NCBI GenBank assembly: GCA_016748015.1
Contig: JAAOMT010000441.1
Location: 62,001-126,000, forward strand
Direction of reading: 5' to 3'
Source of the DNA: Geosiphon pyriformis uo1
Lineage: Eukaryota > Fungi > Glomeromycota
Length of the DNA stretch: 64,000 bases
A model generated the notes under the pieces. The model made no database searches. It worked only from the letters and a program-made list of their open reading frames with translations, and was not told the DNA's origin. Made by a program: the position numbers and the translations under genes. Below are positions 1-11,788 of the stretch, piece by piece (within the stretch, counting starts at the first letter, position 1; the number at the start of each line of letters is the position of its first letter).

Positions 1-198
1 TAAATTATTGTAGAGGTTGCTTTTAACTTCTGAAATATTGTAGTTTCCAAAAAGATAATTGTTGATGTGGTTTTCAATGTATTGGTATACTGATTTCTTT
101 ACAACTTCAATTCCGTTTGGAATGTTGAATCTTTGTTTGCAGTGAGTGTAAATTGACTGGTAATACTCTAGAGTTGCTGTGTCTGGTGTGGTCGCCAC
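1..198 (-). pseudogene. Start of gag of Gypsy element 3
   Basis: The minus frame from GTG reads VATTPDTATLEYYQSIYTHCKQRFNIPNGIEVVKKSVYQYIENHINNYLFG. It aligns by eye with the gag N-termini at 2613(+) and 16041(-). Confidence 0.65.
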
Positions 199-243
199 TT
201 TGAATTTGTTGTTGCTGTGTTATTTCCGTGAGAGAGCACCAAA

Positions 244-1248
244 TGTTACCAGAGGTTTTTGGTCTCTTTTTTTGAATGTTATAACTGTCTGTTGGTTGCA
301 AATTCATGTTTTCTAGAAGTAGTTGAACTTCCAATAACTGAATTTATCTTCAAATTATCTTCTATAATTTGAACTGCTGGGCTTATAAGTAGAATGGCCA
401 ATTCCTTGTCAGTTACTTTATGTAGTTACATTGTAGTAAACGTCAACTCTTTCCCAGGAATTGCTCATCTGAAAGCTCACTAAAAATGTGTAGTTACTTT
501 GCTGTGAAAGTCAACTCTTCTACAGGAATCTCGTCTGTAGGCTACCCTAATGATTGTAATAAGAAAATAAAAGAAAAATAAAAGAAATATAAAAGAAATA
601 TAAAAGAAATAGAATTCTGTCAAGGGAAACGTTTTCTATCCAGGCCTGGAGTCACCAACAGTTTACTGAAATTGGTAGCTAATCAATTTCAAAACATTAG
701 TTGGGTTTTTGGAGATTTTTCAAGTGCAATATTTAAAGAAATTGGTTTTTCAAATTATTTGATATTTTATTTCTTTTTGTGTGTATAGGAATGGTTCTAA
801 GTAATAAATCTAAAGTAAGATACATTTTCTTGAAGAGAAAAGCTTTTCTTTTATACAACTTGTTGTAGTACTAGTCTATGAACTTGCATTTTTTCTTTTT
901 GCTCAAATTTCGGTAAACTAAAGATATATTTTGATGAACTACAAGTTATTTCGCTGAACTATTGATTAATTTGGGTGAACTATTCATAATTTCGGCAAAT
1001 TTCTTATAAATTTCAGCAAATTTCTGTAAATTTTGGCAAATTTTAGAATGTTACAAAGTTCAGGGTATTGTGTAATTTGATCATCCTACTTTTTGTTATA
1101 CTAATTAGATTCTTTTAATTGAATCATGATATGTAATAATTGATTAAATAATAAATAATAATTTGAAATGATATTAATATACTAATTAATTATAGGAATT
1201 ATAAGGGTAATTTCATGCTAATTAATAGCTAAAATTTTACTGGTAACA
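244..1248 (-). repeat. 5' LTR of Ty3/Gypsy element 3 (element continues off the left edge of the window)
   Basis: Minus strand starts TGTTAC at 1248 and ends GTAACA at 244, followed by TT and a PBS (TGGTGCTCTCTCACGG). It interrupts the host element at CCAT (1249-1252). Confidence 0.85.
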
Positions 1249-1696
1249 CCATGTTCATCTGTTCCAATTGTTCTGGTTGGAGCAGATAACATTTACTTCA
1301 TTTATAGATGATTTGTGATGTAATGTCCACATATCTACAAAGCTATAAAAAATCTGGAATGTGATTTGGTGATTGATCCTCAACTTTAGTGGTCAAATAT
1401 CTAATAATAGTTCTCTTTGGTATTTTAATAACACTTTCAGTTGTGTTGTAGATAGAAATTTTGATGTTTTTGGGGCTTTTGACTGATATGTAGAGATTAA
1501 TGAGTCCAATCTCTTTTGATTCGCAAATGGTGGCTTTTGCTTCAAACAACTAAGCCTGATTCTTTACTTTTCTTTTTATAGGTAACATATACTGGTTATA
1601 TGGTAAAATGAAAATTGATTGACGGGTTGAGATAATTTCTCTTTTGTCAATAACCTCTTTCTCTGCCATATTAACTGGTATGTCTATTCTACCCAT
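1249..1696 (-). mobile_element. Internal fragment of host Gypsy element 1 (region between dUTPase and RT)
   Basis: ORF 1343..1549 (FEAKATICESKEIGLINLYI...IYNTTESVIKIPKRTII) is homologous to 6959..7495. Joining 11789 to 1696 across the CCAT TSD restores GGATCAATGGGTAGAATAG (GSMGRID), as at 6953-6972. Confidence 0.88.
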
Positions 1697-2550
1697 TGTT
1701 ACTCATAGAAATATAGGAAATATATTAGCATAATTATTAGCCAATCAGAAGTAGGCATAGTAAATATGGAATTCCAGAATTCCCCAATGAGGAATTGCAG
1801 AATTTCAAAATTCCAGAATTCCTCTCAAAAGAATCGCAGGATTCCAAGAATTCCAGGATTTCTGTCATGAAGAATCGAGAAATTGAGGAATCTCAATTAT
1901 GTATATATAGCAGTAAGATTAGAAGCTGAAAAGACAGACCTCTTAGTTTAGATTTAATAAAAACAACTCTCCAAATCACAAGCATCTAATAAATAACTAT
2001 TTGTTATCTCAAACCCATTTTTACTATCAATACTTCATGTTAATAGTAATTAATAATTAACCACACTGAAACAATAGCTCTTGATCACAGCTATTGACAG
2101 AATACTAACTTGCAAATCATCTTGGCTTATTTCTTTTCTTTCTTTATTTTATTTTCTTTTCTTTATTTTCTTGCTTTGATTTTATTGTTGTTTACTAACT
2201 CTATTAAAGATTAATGCATGGGGCACTGACGTTAGGATAAATGTAACTGGTAAAAGACCCAGAAATAAGGGTAGAACACTCAATTGAGGATAGCTTACCA
2301 GGAGGAATACTGGCCATCAAGCTGAGAAAAAAATTGACAAAACTGTGGTTTCAGGAAGCTACAGAAAAAACTATCACTATTGAATCTCTGTCCATTATAC
2401 AAAGAACTCAACCAAATCCTTTAGATACAAAACCTTCAGATACAAAATCTTTAGATACCAAATCTTCAAATTATTAACAACGAAAATAGCTTTGAACACC
2501 AAGTTACGGATTTGTATTTAATTCAACACCAGAAATTGTCACTTGTAACA
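1697..2550 (+). repeat. 5' LTR of element 2 (854 bp)
   Basis: TGTTACTCATA...CTTGTAACA, colinear with 10938-11788. Contains CCAAT, GGAATTCCAG repeats, a TATATATA box and AATAAA. Confidence 0.95.
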
Positions 2551-2552
2551 TT

Positions 2553-2569
2553 TGGTGCTTTCTGTGAGG
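2553..2569 (+). promoter_or_regulatory. Primer binding site of element 2
   Basis: TGGTGCTTTCTGTGAGG lies 2 nt after the LTR, with equivalent sites in elements 1 and 3. It is complementary to a tRNA ending ...GAGCACCA, so an elongator type rather than initiator Met; the exact tRNA is not determined. Confidence 0.8.
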
Positions 2570-2612
2570 TATAATTTTACAAAAAACCAATACCAACAAA
2601 CACCATCCAAAA

Positions 2613-4400
2613 GTGGCAGAATCAGAAAACATAGAAGCAAATCATTTAGGATTCGCAAAATCCCTATTTTAACACTATTGTCAATACTTGGGATTAAATC
2701 ACAATCATATATCTGCCAAATCAGTCTTTAATTTCTACATCAACAAAAAAATTTCCTCTTTGTTAGGAACACCAGTAAATACTGAATCAGCCAGAGAAAC
2801 TTTCTACAGAGAATTAATTCAAAATACCAATCTGTCAACAAATCACAATTTTGTCTCCATTATTACTGAGATCAACAAAGAAATTAAACATTACACCCAA
2901 CAAAGATATCCAATTACTTATGCCAGTAAAGACAAAGGAAAACTACAAACTCCAGCAGTAACACCCAAAAAGATACAACCACTTACTTGGAAAAAAACAA
3001 GAGTTGAATCACTAACTGCTCCATCCTATCACTACACACTGGGAAATGCCATCAATATAACATTAGCAAACACATTCACATCAAACATGATATCAACATT
3101 CAGACAATTTCTATTCGAAAGTAAACAAAGAAAAACAGATCTACTAGGACCATACAGCAAATATTTTGAAGGATTTAAGTTCTAATCACCAACACCATCA
3201 GAAATTCGATCACCACCACCTCAACCAAACTTTGGAACCACTACCCCATGAGAACTATCTAAAGAAGAAGAAGAAGAAGAATCAGAAGATCAAGAATTTA
3301 CTTACCAAAACCTGATTCTTGAAAACCCGGAATTTGGAACCCTGAACATTCAAACTCAGTGAAAAAATCCAGAAATCAAAACTCCGAATATTCAAGCACT
3401 GCAAAATCAAAACCCCAAATTAATTAATTAGCAAAACTTATCTCTGGTAATTGTCATCAATCAACTGCCAATTAATTCAATAGCCAAACCCATACAGCAG
3501 CCACTTTCATTTTAACAACCAGTACCACAACAACTGCTTCAATAGCCACCATAACAACCCAACTTAAATCCAATGGCTTATGCACCAATCACAAAACTTG
3601 ACAACTTTACTGGTGAAAAAGATGATGCTCAAGTATGACTGAATGATGTAGAAAAGGCCATCACAGCTAACGGATGGAATAACGCCCAAACAATGCAAGC
3701 CATTTCCTACTTTCTCAAAGATACCGCCAATTCCTGGTACCAGAGCTTGATTAATAAACCACAAGATTTTAATGCCTTCAAAGTGGAATTCCTAAGATAC
3801 TTCAGCAACAATAACAGCATCAATCGCCTAGTCAACACATTCACAACCATGAAACAAGAGGAAACTGAAGCAGTCACTACTTACCTAGGATGCTTTTATC
3901 AAAATCTATGCCAAATTCAAGCAATTGATGCCAACTATTTCACAGCACCACAAATCTTCAGCCAGTTTATCCATGGTCTGTGCAGCAGCATCTTGTAACA
4001 TGTATGTCTGTTGCATCCAAACACATTTCAAGACACAGTTACACACACCAGAGATTTTGAATCCATTGAGTCAGAGACCAATCACACCCAAGCCATTAAC
4101 CTAGTGATGAATGGATCATCTGAATTGGATTCTAAATTGAAACAATTCAGTAATTCAATTAATTAGAAGTTAGAGGAATACTTAGCTGACAATTGCGCAA
4201 TTTATCAACCACCACAATGACACAATAATCCAGGAAATGTGAATTATTTCCAAAATCAGTCGTGTCCATTATTATCATCAGCAGCATCTAATCAGCTGTG
4301 GCAGCCAGAAACGCGTGTTTGTCACAACTATGATAAACAAAGACACATAAAAGCAGACTGCAGATTTTATAGCAACAATCCACAATCGGAAAATCAATAT
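2613..4400 (+). pseudogene. gag: gag of element 2 (N-terminal domain, Pro/Gln-rich linker, retrotransposon capsid domain, degenerate CCHC knuckle)
   Basis: MAYAPITKLDNFTGEKDDAQV*LNDVEKAITANGW...MQAISYFLKDTANSWYQSL is capsid-like. VCHNYDKQRHIKADC is a decayed CX2CX4HX4C. Several in-frame stops. Confidence 0.85.
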
Positions 4401-4964
4401 CAAAACCTCAATTGCAGATTTCAAACTCTGAATTGTTACCTAAATTAAAATCAAACTACTTATCTGCCAATGATGCAGTCACCAATCTATCAACCACCAG
4501 TATATCAACCTCAAATTTATCAACCGTAGCCATCAATAATCTATCAGCCACAACCCCAAATAATTTATTAACCCCAACCAATTCAGACACCACCCCAAAA
4601 TTCAGTTCATATAACATTAGGCCACCTCAGACTTAGACTCACACAAAACTGGAGATCGGCGATGGTTGTCCACCAACTGATCTCCAGTTCTTCCAACTCA
4701 CCATTAGGATCACATTCTCGGAATTCAGGTACCGATGCCACCCAAAACCCAAATTTCCTAAACTATTTAAGTCTCCTGGTCACCCCAGAAGATGCCACAT
4801 CCAGCAACTTAGAATCCGACCAACAGACAACACTTATTAACAACATCTCACCAGCAATTGTCACCAATGATAGATCATTAGCAGCCATCTTCTTTTTTGA
4901 ACTTGAGGAGCCATCCCAATTACCACTATTCAGTGGAGCCACCTTCAAAGAAAAACTCATCACA

Positions 4965-5335
4965 GCGATGTACACTAATGTGAAAGTAGATAGACACTCT
5001 ATCAAACTCATCTTTGATAGCAGTTTAACAGGCAGCATCATCACCAAGCAACTCATGGATCAATTGGGTCACTGAGTTGATTGAGCTGCCAGCACTAGAA
5101 TTATTACTGCAGATAGTGTTATGAGAATGCTTATTGGCAAAATTGATGACTTCTCAATTGAAGTTAATGGCATTGTCACTCTCATTAAGGTCTTGGTAAT
5201 GGAAGCAACTCAGTACCAAGCACTAGTTGGTAATGATTGGCTAGTCAAAATCAATACTGTGCTTGACTGGACTACGCAAAAACTCCAGCTCAGTCGGAAT
5301 GGATAACACACATGGGTACTAGCCATGTGTGGTCA
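4965..5335 (+). pseudogene. Retropepsin-type aspartic protease of element 2
   Basis: IKLIFDSSLTGSII (host copy LILDSRSAGSII, a decayed DSG active site) and ALVGNDWL (the GxDW/L motif). Confidence 0.85.
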
Positions 5336-6569
5336 CTTCAAGACTACCAACTCGTTAGCACCACTAATTGACCTCGAAAAAATGACAAAACCTATCTGGG
5401 AAGCCTACCAAATCTTGTGGGCCAACCCAGACTACAACAAACTGCTGCCAATACTCTCATAGAACAACAACCCCAAGGAAAAGCAAAAAAAAGAACTGAT
5501 CTGGGAGACAGACAATTTGACCTGGACTGACAATGAACAGGAAGAACCATCGAGTTGGGAGTGAAAAGAAGAAAAAAGAAAATGGAAAGAAAGGGAAGAA
5601 GAAAACACTCAAGCCAACAACACTTATATCCCATACTCCTATGGTCAACAACAATCATCGACCTATTGCCAACCCAAACTAATATGCGTTGATTACAGCA
5701 AGAAATTATCATCAATGGGCACATGTTGTGGCAACAATGAAGAATATCAGATGGCAACCAAGTTCTATTGCCGCACATGTCTCGTCAAACATTTTGGAAG
5801 ACCAAAACAAGTGGGAAAATGGGATAATACATCATGTTTAACCTGTGGAGAAACTCTTCTCAACAAATGTGGAATGATATTCCTGGGAGAGGAGGGGCAT
5901 GTGACGTTTTCTTCCAATACACAATCCTTATCAGTGACTGGGTCGAGAAAGAGACACCAATAGAAGCTGCCTAGAGAAGAGCTGTACAGTGATTGGACAG
6001 TTGTTCACACAATGACAATGAATTATGGTGAATGGCAATTGCCAAAATTAAAGGCACATTGCCAGAAGAAATCAAGACAATTAAAAACAACTCACCAGAA
6101 CCCATCGAGCTTGACTGGGACATAGAGCCAGTCATAAATTTCCTGGAACCAGAAAAGTTCCATAAGTACTACCAAAACTTGGCATCCACTAGAGAGGAGC
6201 AAGAACAATGGCTAGCACAGTTAAATACAAGACTGTGTTGTCATTGTTTAATTCCCAGTGACTTTGAATATTGTGATGATTGTGACCTCATTTACAATCC
6301 ACCACCATGCATGATCTACACAATCCCTGAAGAGGAAGAACCAATCAGCAGCTGCACATCAGAGTCAGAATTACCATTCAATCTTGATTCAAACTCCGAC
6401 AATAATGATGACAAGAATAATGGTTCCAGCTCTATTCAAAATGGCAATGACAATAACAATGATATCAACTCAGATTCAAACTCCAACTCAAATTATAAAC
6501 AATATATTGCACTTTCTGACCTCACCAAAAAACAAGAACTGAAATGGTTCAGCGATAATAATAAAGATA

Positions 6570-6965
6570 TTATGCCAGAATGCGCATATGATACTGATGC
6601 TGGATTTGACTTAAGGTATCCAGGAAAAGATGCCATCAAATTGGAACCACATTCACACACCTACATTGATCTGAAAATAGCACTGAAAATCCCAACAACA
6701 ATAATGGTTCAACTAGCATCCTGGAGTAGTTTAGCAAAAAGAGGGATTAATATAAAAGGAGGAATAATTGACACGGGATATGTAGAAAATATTATTGCTA
6801 TGCTAAAAAATGACTCAGAAAAGGCCTATATTATAGAGCCAAATGAAAAGATAGCACAGACAATATTTCTGCCTTTGGTTAAAATAGCTCAATTAGTGTC
6901 AGTAGGAAATAGGGAAGAGTTAGGAATAACAGCGAAAGGGATACAATGATTTGGGTCAATGGGTA
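6570..6965 (+). pseudogene. dUTPase domain within pol of element 2
   Basis: All five trimeric dUTPase motifs are recognisable: DAGFDL, SWSSLA (RSSLA in host copy), GGIIDTGY, EKIAQ and KGIQ*FGSMG (RGxxGFGS). Confidence 0.92.
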
Positions 6966-7429
6966 GAATAGATGTACCAGTTAATATGGTGAAGGAAAAA
7001 ATTGTTAACCAAGGAGAAATTATCTCAACTGGTCAAGCTATTTCCATTCCACCATATAGCCAGTACATGCTAGCTATAGAAAGGAAGGAAAAGAAGCAAG
7101 AACAGATTTTTGAAGTGGAAGCAAATCTTTGTGAATCAGGAGAAATTGGACTGATCAATCTCCACATACCAGCCAAAAGCTATAGCTGCATAAAAATTCC
7201 CATTTACAACAACACTGGCAATGTCATCAACATACCAGAAGGAACTACCATTGGATATTTAACCACAGAAATAGAAGATCAACCACCAAATCCCATTTCA
7301 AACTTTCCACAACTTTGTAAATATGTTGACATCACATCACAAACCATCTTTGGACGAGATGAATGTTATTTGCTCCAACCAGAACAATTAAAACAAATGA
7401 ACATGGGAAATCTGGACCTACTACAATGT

Positions 7430-8796
7430 ATGCAGCTTAAGATATTGCTCAACAATTTCAACGACATCTTTGCCAGTGAAAACAAGTTTGGCTGAACTGA
7501 CATTATCTAACATCAGATAAAGACTGGAGATGCAATGCCAATTAAACAAAGAGCATACAGAATGCCACCAGCCAGCCACGAGATCATTTGTTAAAAGATA
7601 AACCAAATGCTGGACAACGGGCTAATTTAATCATCAATGAGCTCATGGTTGTCATCAGTGGTATTTGTCTGTAAGAAAAATAGAAAAATCCAATTTTGTG
7701 TGGATTATAGAAAACTCAATGGAGTAACTCGTGGAGATAGCTACCCCACTCCACAGATCCAAGAATTATTCGACGCTTTCAGTAGAAACAAATGTTTTCA
7801 ACATTAGATCTGGACAGTGGTTACTGGCAAGTAGCCATGAATCCAGCTGACAAAAAAAAGATGGCATTCACCACCAGAAAAAGGAATTTTGAATTTGAAG
7901 TAATGCCATTTGGCTTAACCAATGTACCAGCCACTTTTCAAAGGCTAATGAAAATTGTTTATACTGGCTTATTGTGGAAATCAGTAGTTGTATACTTGGA
8001 CAACACCAATGTATTCTCAAAAACATTTGATGATCATCTTCATCATCTTCAACAAGTGTTCAAAAGACTAAGAAGAGCAGGACTAAAGTTAAATACAACA
8101 AAGTGTTTTTTTGGCAAAACAGAACTAAAATTTTTGGGACACATAGTTAGCAAAGACAGCATCAAAACGAATTCAGAGAAAATAGAAATAGTAAAGAACT
8201 TTCCAGTGTCAACAAATATGACAGAACTGAAATCATTCTTGGGATTCACCAGCTACTATCGACGTTTTATCAAGAACTTTTCCAAGATAGCACAGCCACT
8301 CAACCAACTGCAAACCAAGAATACAAAATATGAATGGACAGAAAGTCAACAAGAAGCTTTTAATATTCTGAGAAGAAAGCTCATTCAAGCTCTAGTACTG
8401 ATCTATCCAGATCACAGCAAACCATTCATTATTACCACCAATGCATCTGGTCAAGCATTGGGAGCAGTACTATCTCAGAGAGGACCAGATAACAGGGAAC
8501 ATCCAGTAGCATATGCCAGCAGAAGTTTAACACCAGCTAAAAAGAACTATGAAATACTGGAACAAAAACACTTAGTGATATACTGAAGAGTCATGAAATG
8601 GAAAGAATACTTGAGCCAGAAGTTTGAAGTATATACAAATCACAAAGAATTAACATCACTTCAAAAACAAGAATTTGGAGATGAAAGACAGTCAAGATGG
8701 AAAATGGCACTCACATCATATAATTATACTATACATTATAAAAAGGGAAAAGACAATAGAAATGCTGACGGTTTGTTACAAATGAGACAAATCTAA
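7430..8796 (+). pseudogene. pol: Reverse transcriptase and RNase H of element 2
   Basis: FCVDYRKLN, FSTLDLDSGYWQV, VMPFGLTNVPATFQR, VYLDN (YLDD), FLGHIVS; RNase H ITTNAS(DAS)...GAVLSQ...VAYASR, YTNH(DH), NADGL. Confidence 0.95.
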
Positions 8797-8959
8797 GAAC
8801 ATTTCAACCCAAAATATAACAAAACCAGAACAATACCAACGAAAAATATAACAAAAGATGAACATACAAAAATATTAACAACTGCAACATTATATAAATA
8901 CTCAACAGTTTAAGGAAAATTTATCTCAAACAGAACAAAAGAGTATCAAACAACAATTA

Positions 8960-10110
8960 AAATATTTTATCACTCACCAAAATATACTTTATCGGAAAAA
9001 TAGAAGAGAGCTAAAACAACCAACCAAAGTAATTACAGAGCCAGAAAAAGAGACAATATTATTCAACATGTATTCAAATCCAACAGCAGGACACTTTTAC
9101 AAAGAAGCAACCATGGAAAAAACCAGAAAAAGATACTATTGGTCATCAATGTATCCAGACATTATCCAATATGTTCAAAATTGTGATGCTTGTCAGCAAA
9201 GAGGAGGAATGAAACCCAGTGAACCATTAAGACCAATCAAAATAGAACAACCATTTGACCATATTAGAATTGATCTAGTCAGACTATTAACAATCACCAG
9301 AGGAGGAAACAGGTACATAGCAGTAGCCATGGACTATCTCACTAAATGGCCAGAGACAAAAGCAATTTAAAGAGTGGATGCAGAATCCGTTGCCAAATTC
9401 ATTCATCAAAATTTAATTTGTCGACACAGATGTCTAAAGGAATTATTATCAGACCAAGGAATTCATTTTGTGAACAGAACATTAACAGAATTGAGCCAAA
9501 AATTCGGAATTAAGAGACCACTATCATCATCATATCATCCACAAACCAACAGATTAGTTGAAAGATTCAACAGAACATTGTGTGAAGCAATAGCTAAGCT
9601 CAACCAAGAAAACCAGAATAATTGGGACATGTTGATACCATCAGTACTATTTGCTTATTGAACAATGAAGCAAGACACTACACAAGCAACACTATTTGAA
9701 TTAGTATATGATAGAACAGCAACATTACCAGTAGAGATAGAGGTCAACACATATCCAACTGAACCAATAACAGAAGAGAATTTCCAAGAAACATTGTTAA
9801 GAAGAACATATAACTTAATGGAAACATTGAAAAACAAATGAAAAAAAACAGCTGATAATATACAAAAGTCACAAGAGAAACAGAAAAAAAGACATGATAA
9901 TCAACTACCAGACAAACCAGTTGAATTCAAAATTGGAGACAAAGTACTCTTACATTGTACCAAAGCAGAAAAACAATAGAGTGGAAAATTTGACACCAAA
10001 TGAGACAGACCATTTCACATAGAAAAAATTCTAGGAAATAGAGCTTACAAATTAAGACTGGACAACAAAATCTTAACCAAAGCAGCACATGGAGATCAAC
10101 TGAAACCATA
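8960..10110 (+). pseudogene. Integrase of element 2 (HHCC, DDE core, C-terminal SH3-like/GPY-F region)
   Basis: AGHF...YYWSSMYPDIIQYVQNCDACQ; IRIDL, DYLTKW, LSDQGIHF, YHPQTNRLVERFNRTL; FKIGDKVLL. Confidence 0.93.
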
Positions 10111-10294
10111 CCACAACATCATACCACCATCCACCAATAATATTCCACAATTAGGAGTACAAAGAATACTAGTCCAACCAGATCAGATTCCACGAGACCT
10201 GGAACCAATCATTATTATTGACAACAACACATCAAATTGATTCATCAAAAGAATATATAAAAACATAGTAGACGTGACAAGAAATATCAGAAAA

Positions 10295-10924
10295 ATGGAA
10301 ATTACAGACAACATTCACTCACTAGCACAACAACTCTTTCAATTGATCCAACACCAGGAAATGGAGATTACAATCAATCAACAAACCATTCGATATCAAG
10401 ATACTAAAAAGACATTGCAACTCAGAACACAGAAGAAAACTGAAAATATAGTGGACAAAATTATTGTGAAAGTAAAATTAGCAATAAGAGAGTCGACAAA
10501 AGAGTCACTATATCAAGAGTTGACTAAAGAAACTTGGAATTGGTGAATACAACAATTTCCACAAAACTATTGTTATTTTTACTTAGGACAACATGTAAAT
10601 ATCCAGAATCTATATACGGATAAAACAAAGCAATTATTTGACAAAAAAATACTACAACAATTAGAACATTTTGTGGGAAAGAACAACTTATCCACATAGA
10701 CCCAAGCTATATACCAAATACACACAGCATTTCAGGATAGACCAGAAATATTACGCAACAAAGCAATGGATATAGTTATCAGTAATCAATTGGGAAAGAT
10801 CACCAATGCTCAATTTGAAGAATTACAGACCCAAATAACACAAGTAATTCTCGAAAACAAAATCCAGAAAATACTTCAAGAGGAGGAATTAAACAAGTTG
10901 GATTTCAACAAAGCTCAATATTAA
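10295..10924 (+). pseudogene. Extra ORF (ORF3) of unknown function between integrase and the 3' LTR
   Basis: One frame runs from ATG 10295 to TAA 10924 (~209 codons) with two internal stops (TGA 10544, TAG ~10697) and ends at the polypurine tract. Confidence 0.65.
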
Positions 10925-10937
10925 AAGAAGAAAATAA

Positions 10938-11788
10938 TGTTACTCATAAAAATATAAGAAATATATTAGCATAATTATTAGCCAATCAGAAGTAGGCATA
11001 GTAAATGTGGAATTCCAGGATTTCTTTCAGGAATTGCAAGATTCCAGAAATTTCAGGATTCCCCAATGAGGAATCGCAGGATTCCAGAATTCCAAAATTC
11101 CTGTCGTGAAAAATCAAGGAATTGAGGAATCTCAATTATGTATATATAGCAGCAGGATTAGAAGCTGAAAAGACAGATCTCTTAGTTTAGATTTAATAAA
11201 AACAACTCTCCAAATTACAAGCATCTAATAAATAATTATTTGTTATCTCAAACCCATTTCCACTATCAACATGAAGTGTTAATAGTAATTGATACTTAAC
11301 CACACTGGAACAATAGCTTTTGATTACAGTTATTGACAGAATACTAACTTGCAAATCACCTTGGCTTATTTTTTTTTTTCTTTATTTTATTTTATTTTCT
11401 TTATTTTCTTGTTTTGATTTTATTGTTGTTTACTAACTCTATTGAGGATTAATGTGTGGAGCACTGATGTTAAGATAAATATGACTGGTAAAAGACCCAG
11501 AAATAAGAGTAGAACACTCAATTGAGGATAGCTTACCAGAAGGAATACCAGCCATCAAGCTGAGAAAGAAATTGACAAAACTGCAGTTTCGGGAAGCTAT
11601 GGAAAAAACTATCACCATTAAATCTTTGTTCATTATACAAAAAACTCAACCAAACTTTTCAGATACAAAACTTTCAGATACAAAACCTTCAGATACCAAA
11701 CCTTCAGATCATTGACAATGAAAATAGCTTTAAGCACCAAGTTACGGGTTTGTATTTAATTCAACATCAGAAATTGTTACCTGTAACA
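10938..11788 (+). repeat. 3' LTR of element 2 (851 bp)
   Basis: TGTTACTCATA...CCTGTAACA, preceded by the purine tract AAAAGAAGAAAATAA and followed by TSD CCAT. Confidence 0.95.

Larger units (their letters stand above)
1697..11788 (+). mobile_element. Complete but decayed Ty3/Gypsy LTR retrotransposon (element 2, ~10.1 kb) with dUTPase, nested in element 1
   Basis: Paired LTRs 1697-2550 and 10938-11788 (TGTTAC...GTAACA), TSD CCAT at 1693-1696 and 11789-11792, PBS at 2553, purine tract before 10938, and domain order gag-PR-RT-RH-IN. Confidence 0.95.

Noticed and set aside
6570-6965. dUTPase as a direct counter-defence to the C>T hypermutation
   Set aside because: dUTPase lowers dUTP incorporation but does not prevent cytosine deamination in DNA, and the dUTPase-bearing elements are themselves heavily mutated.
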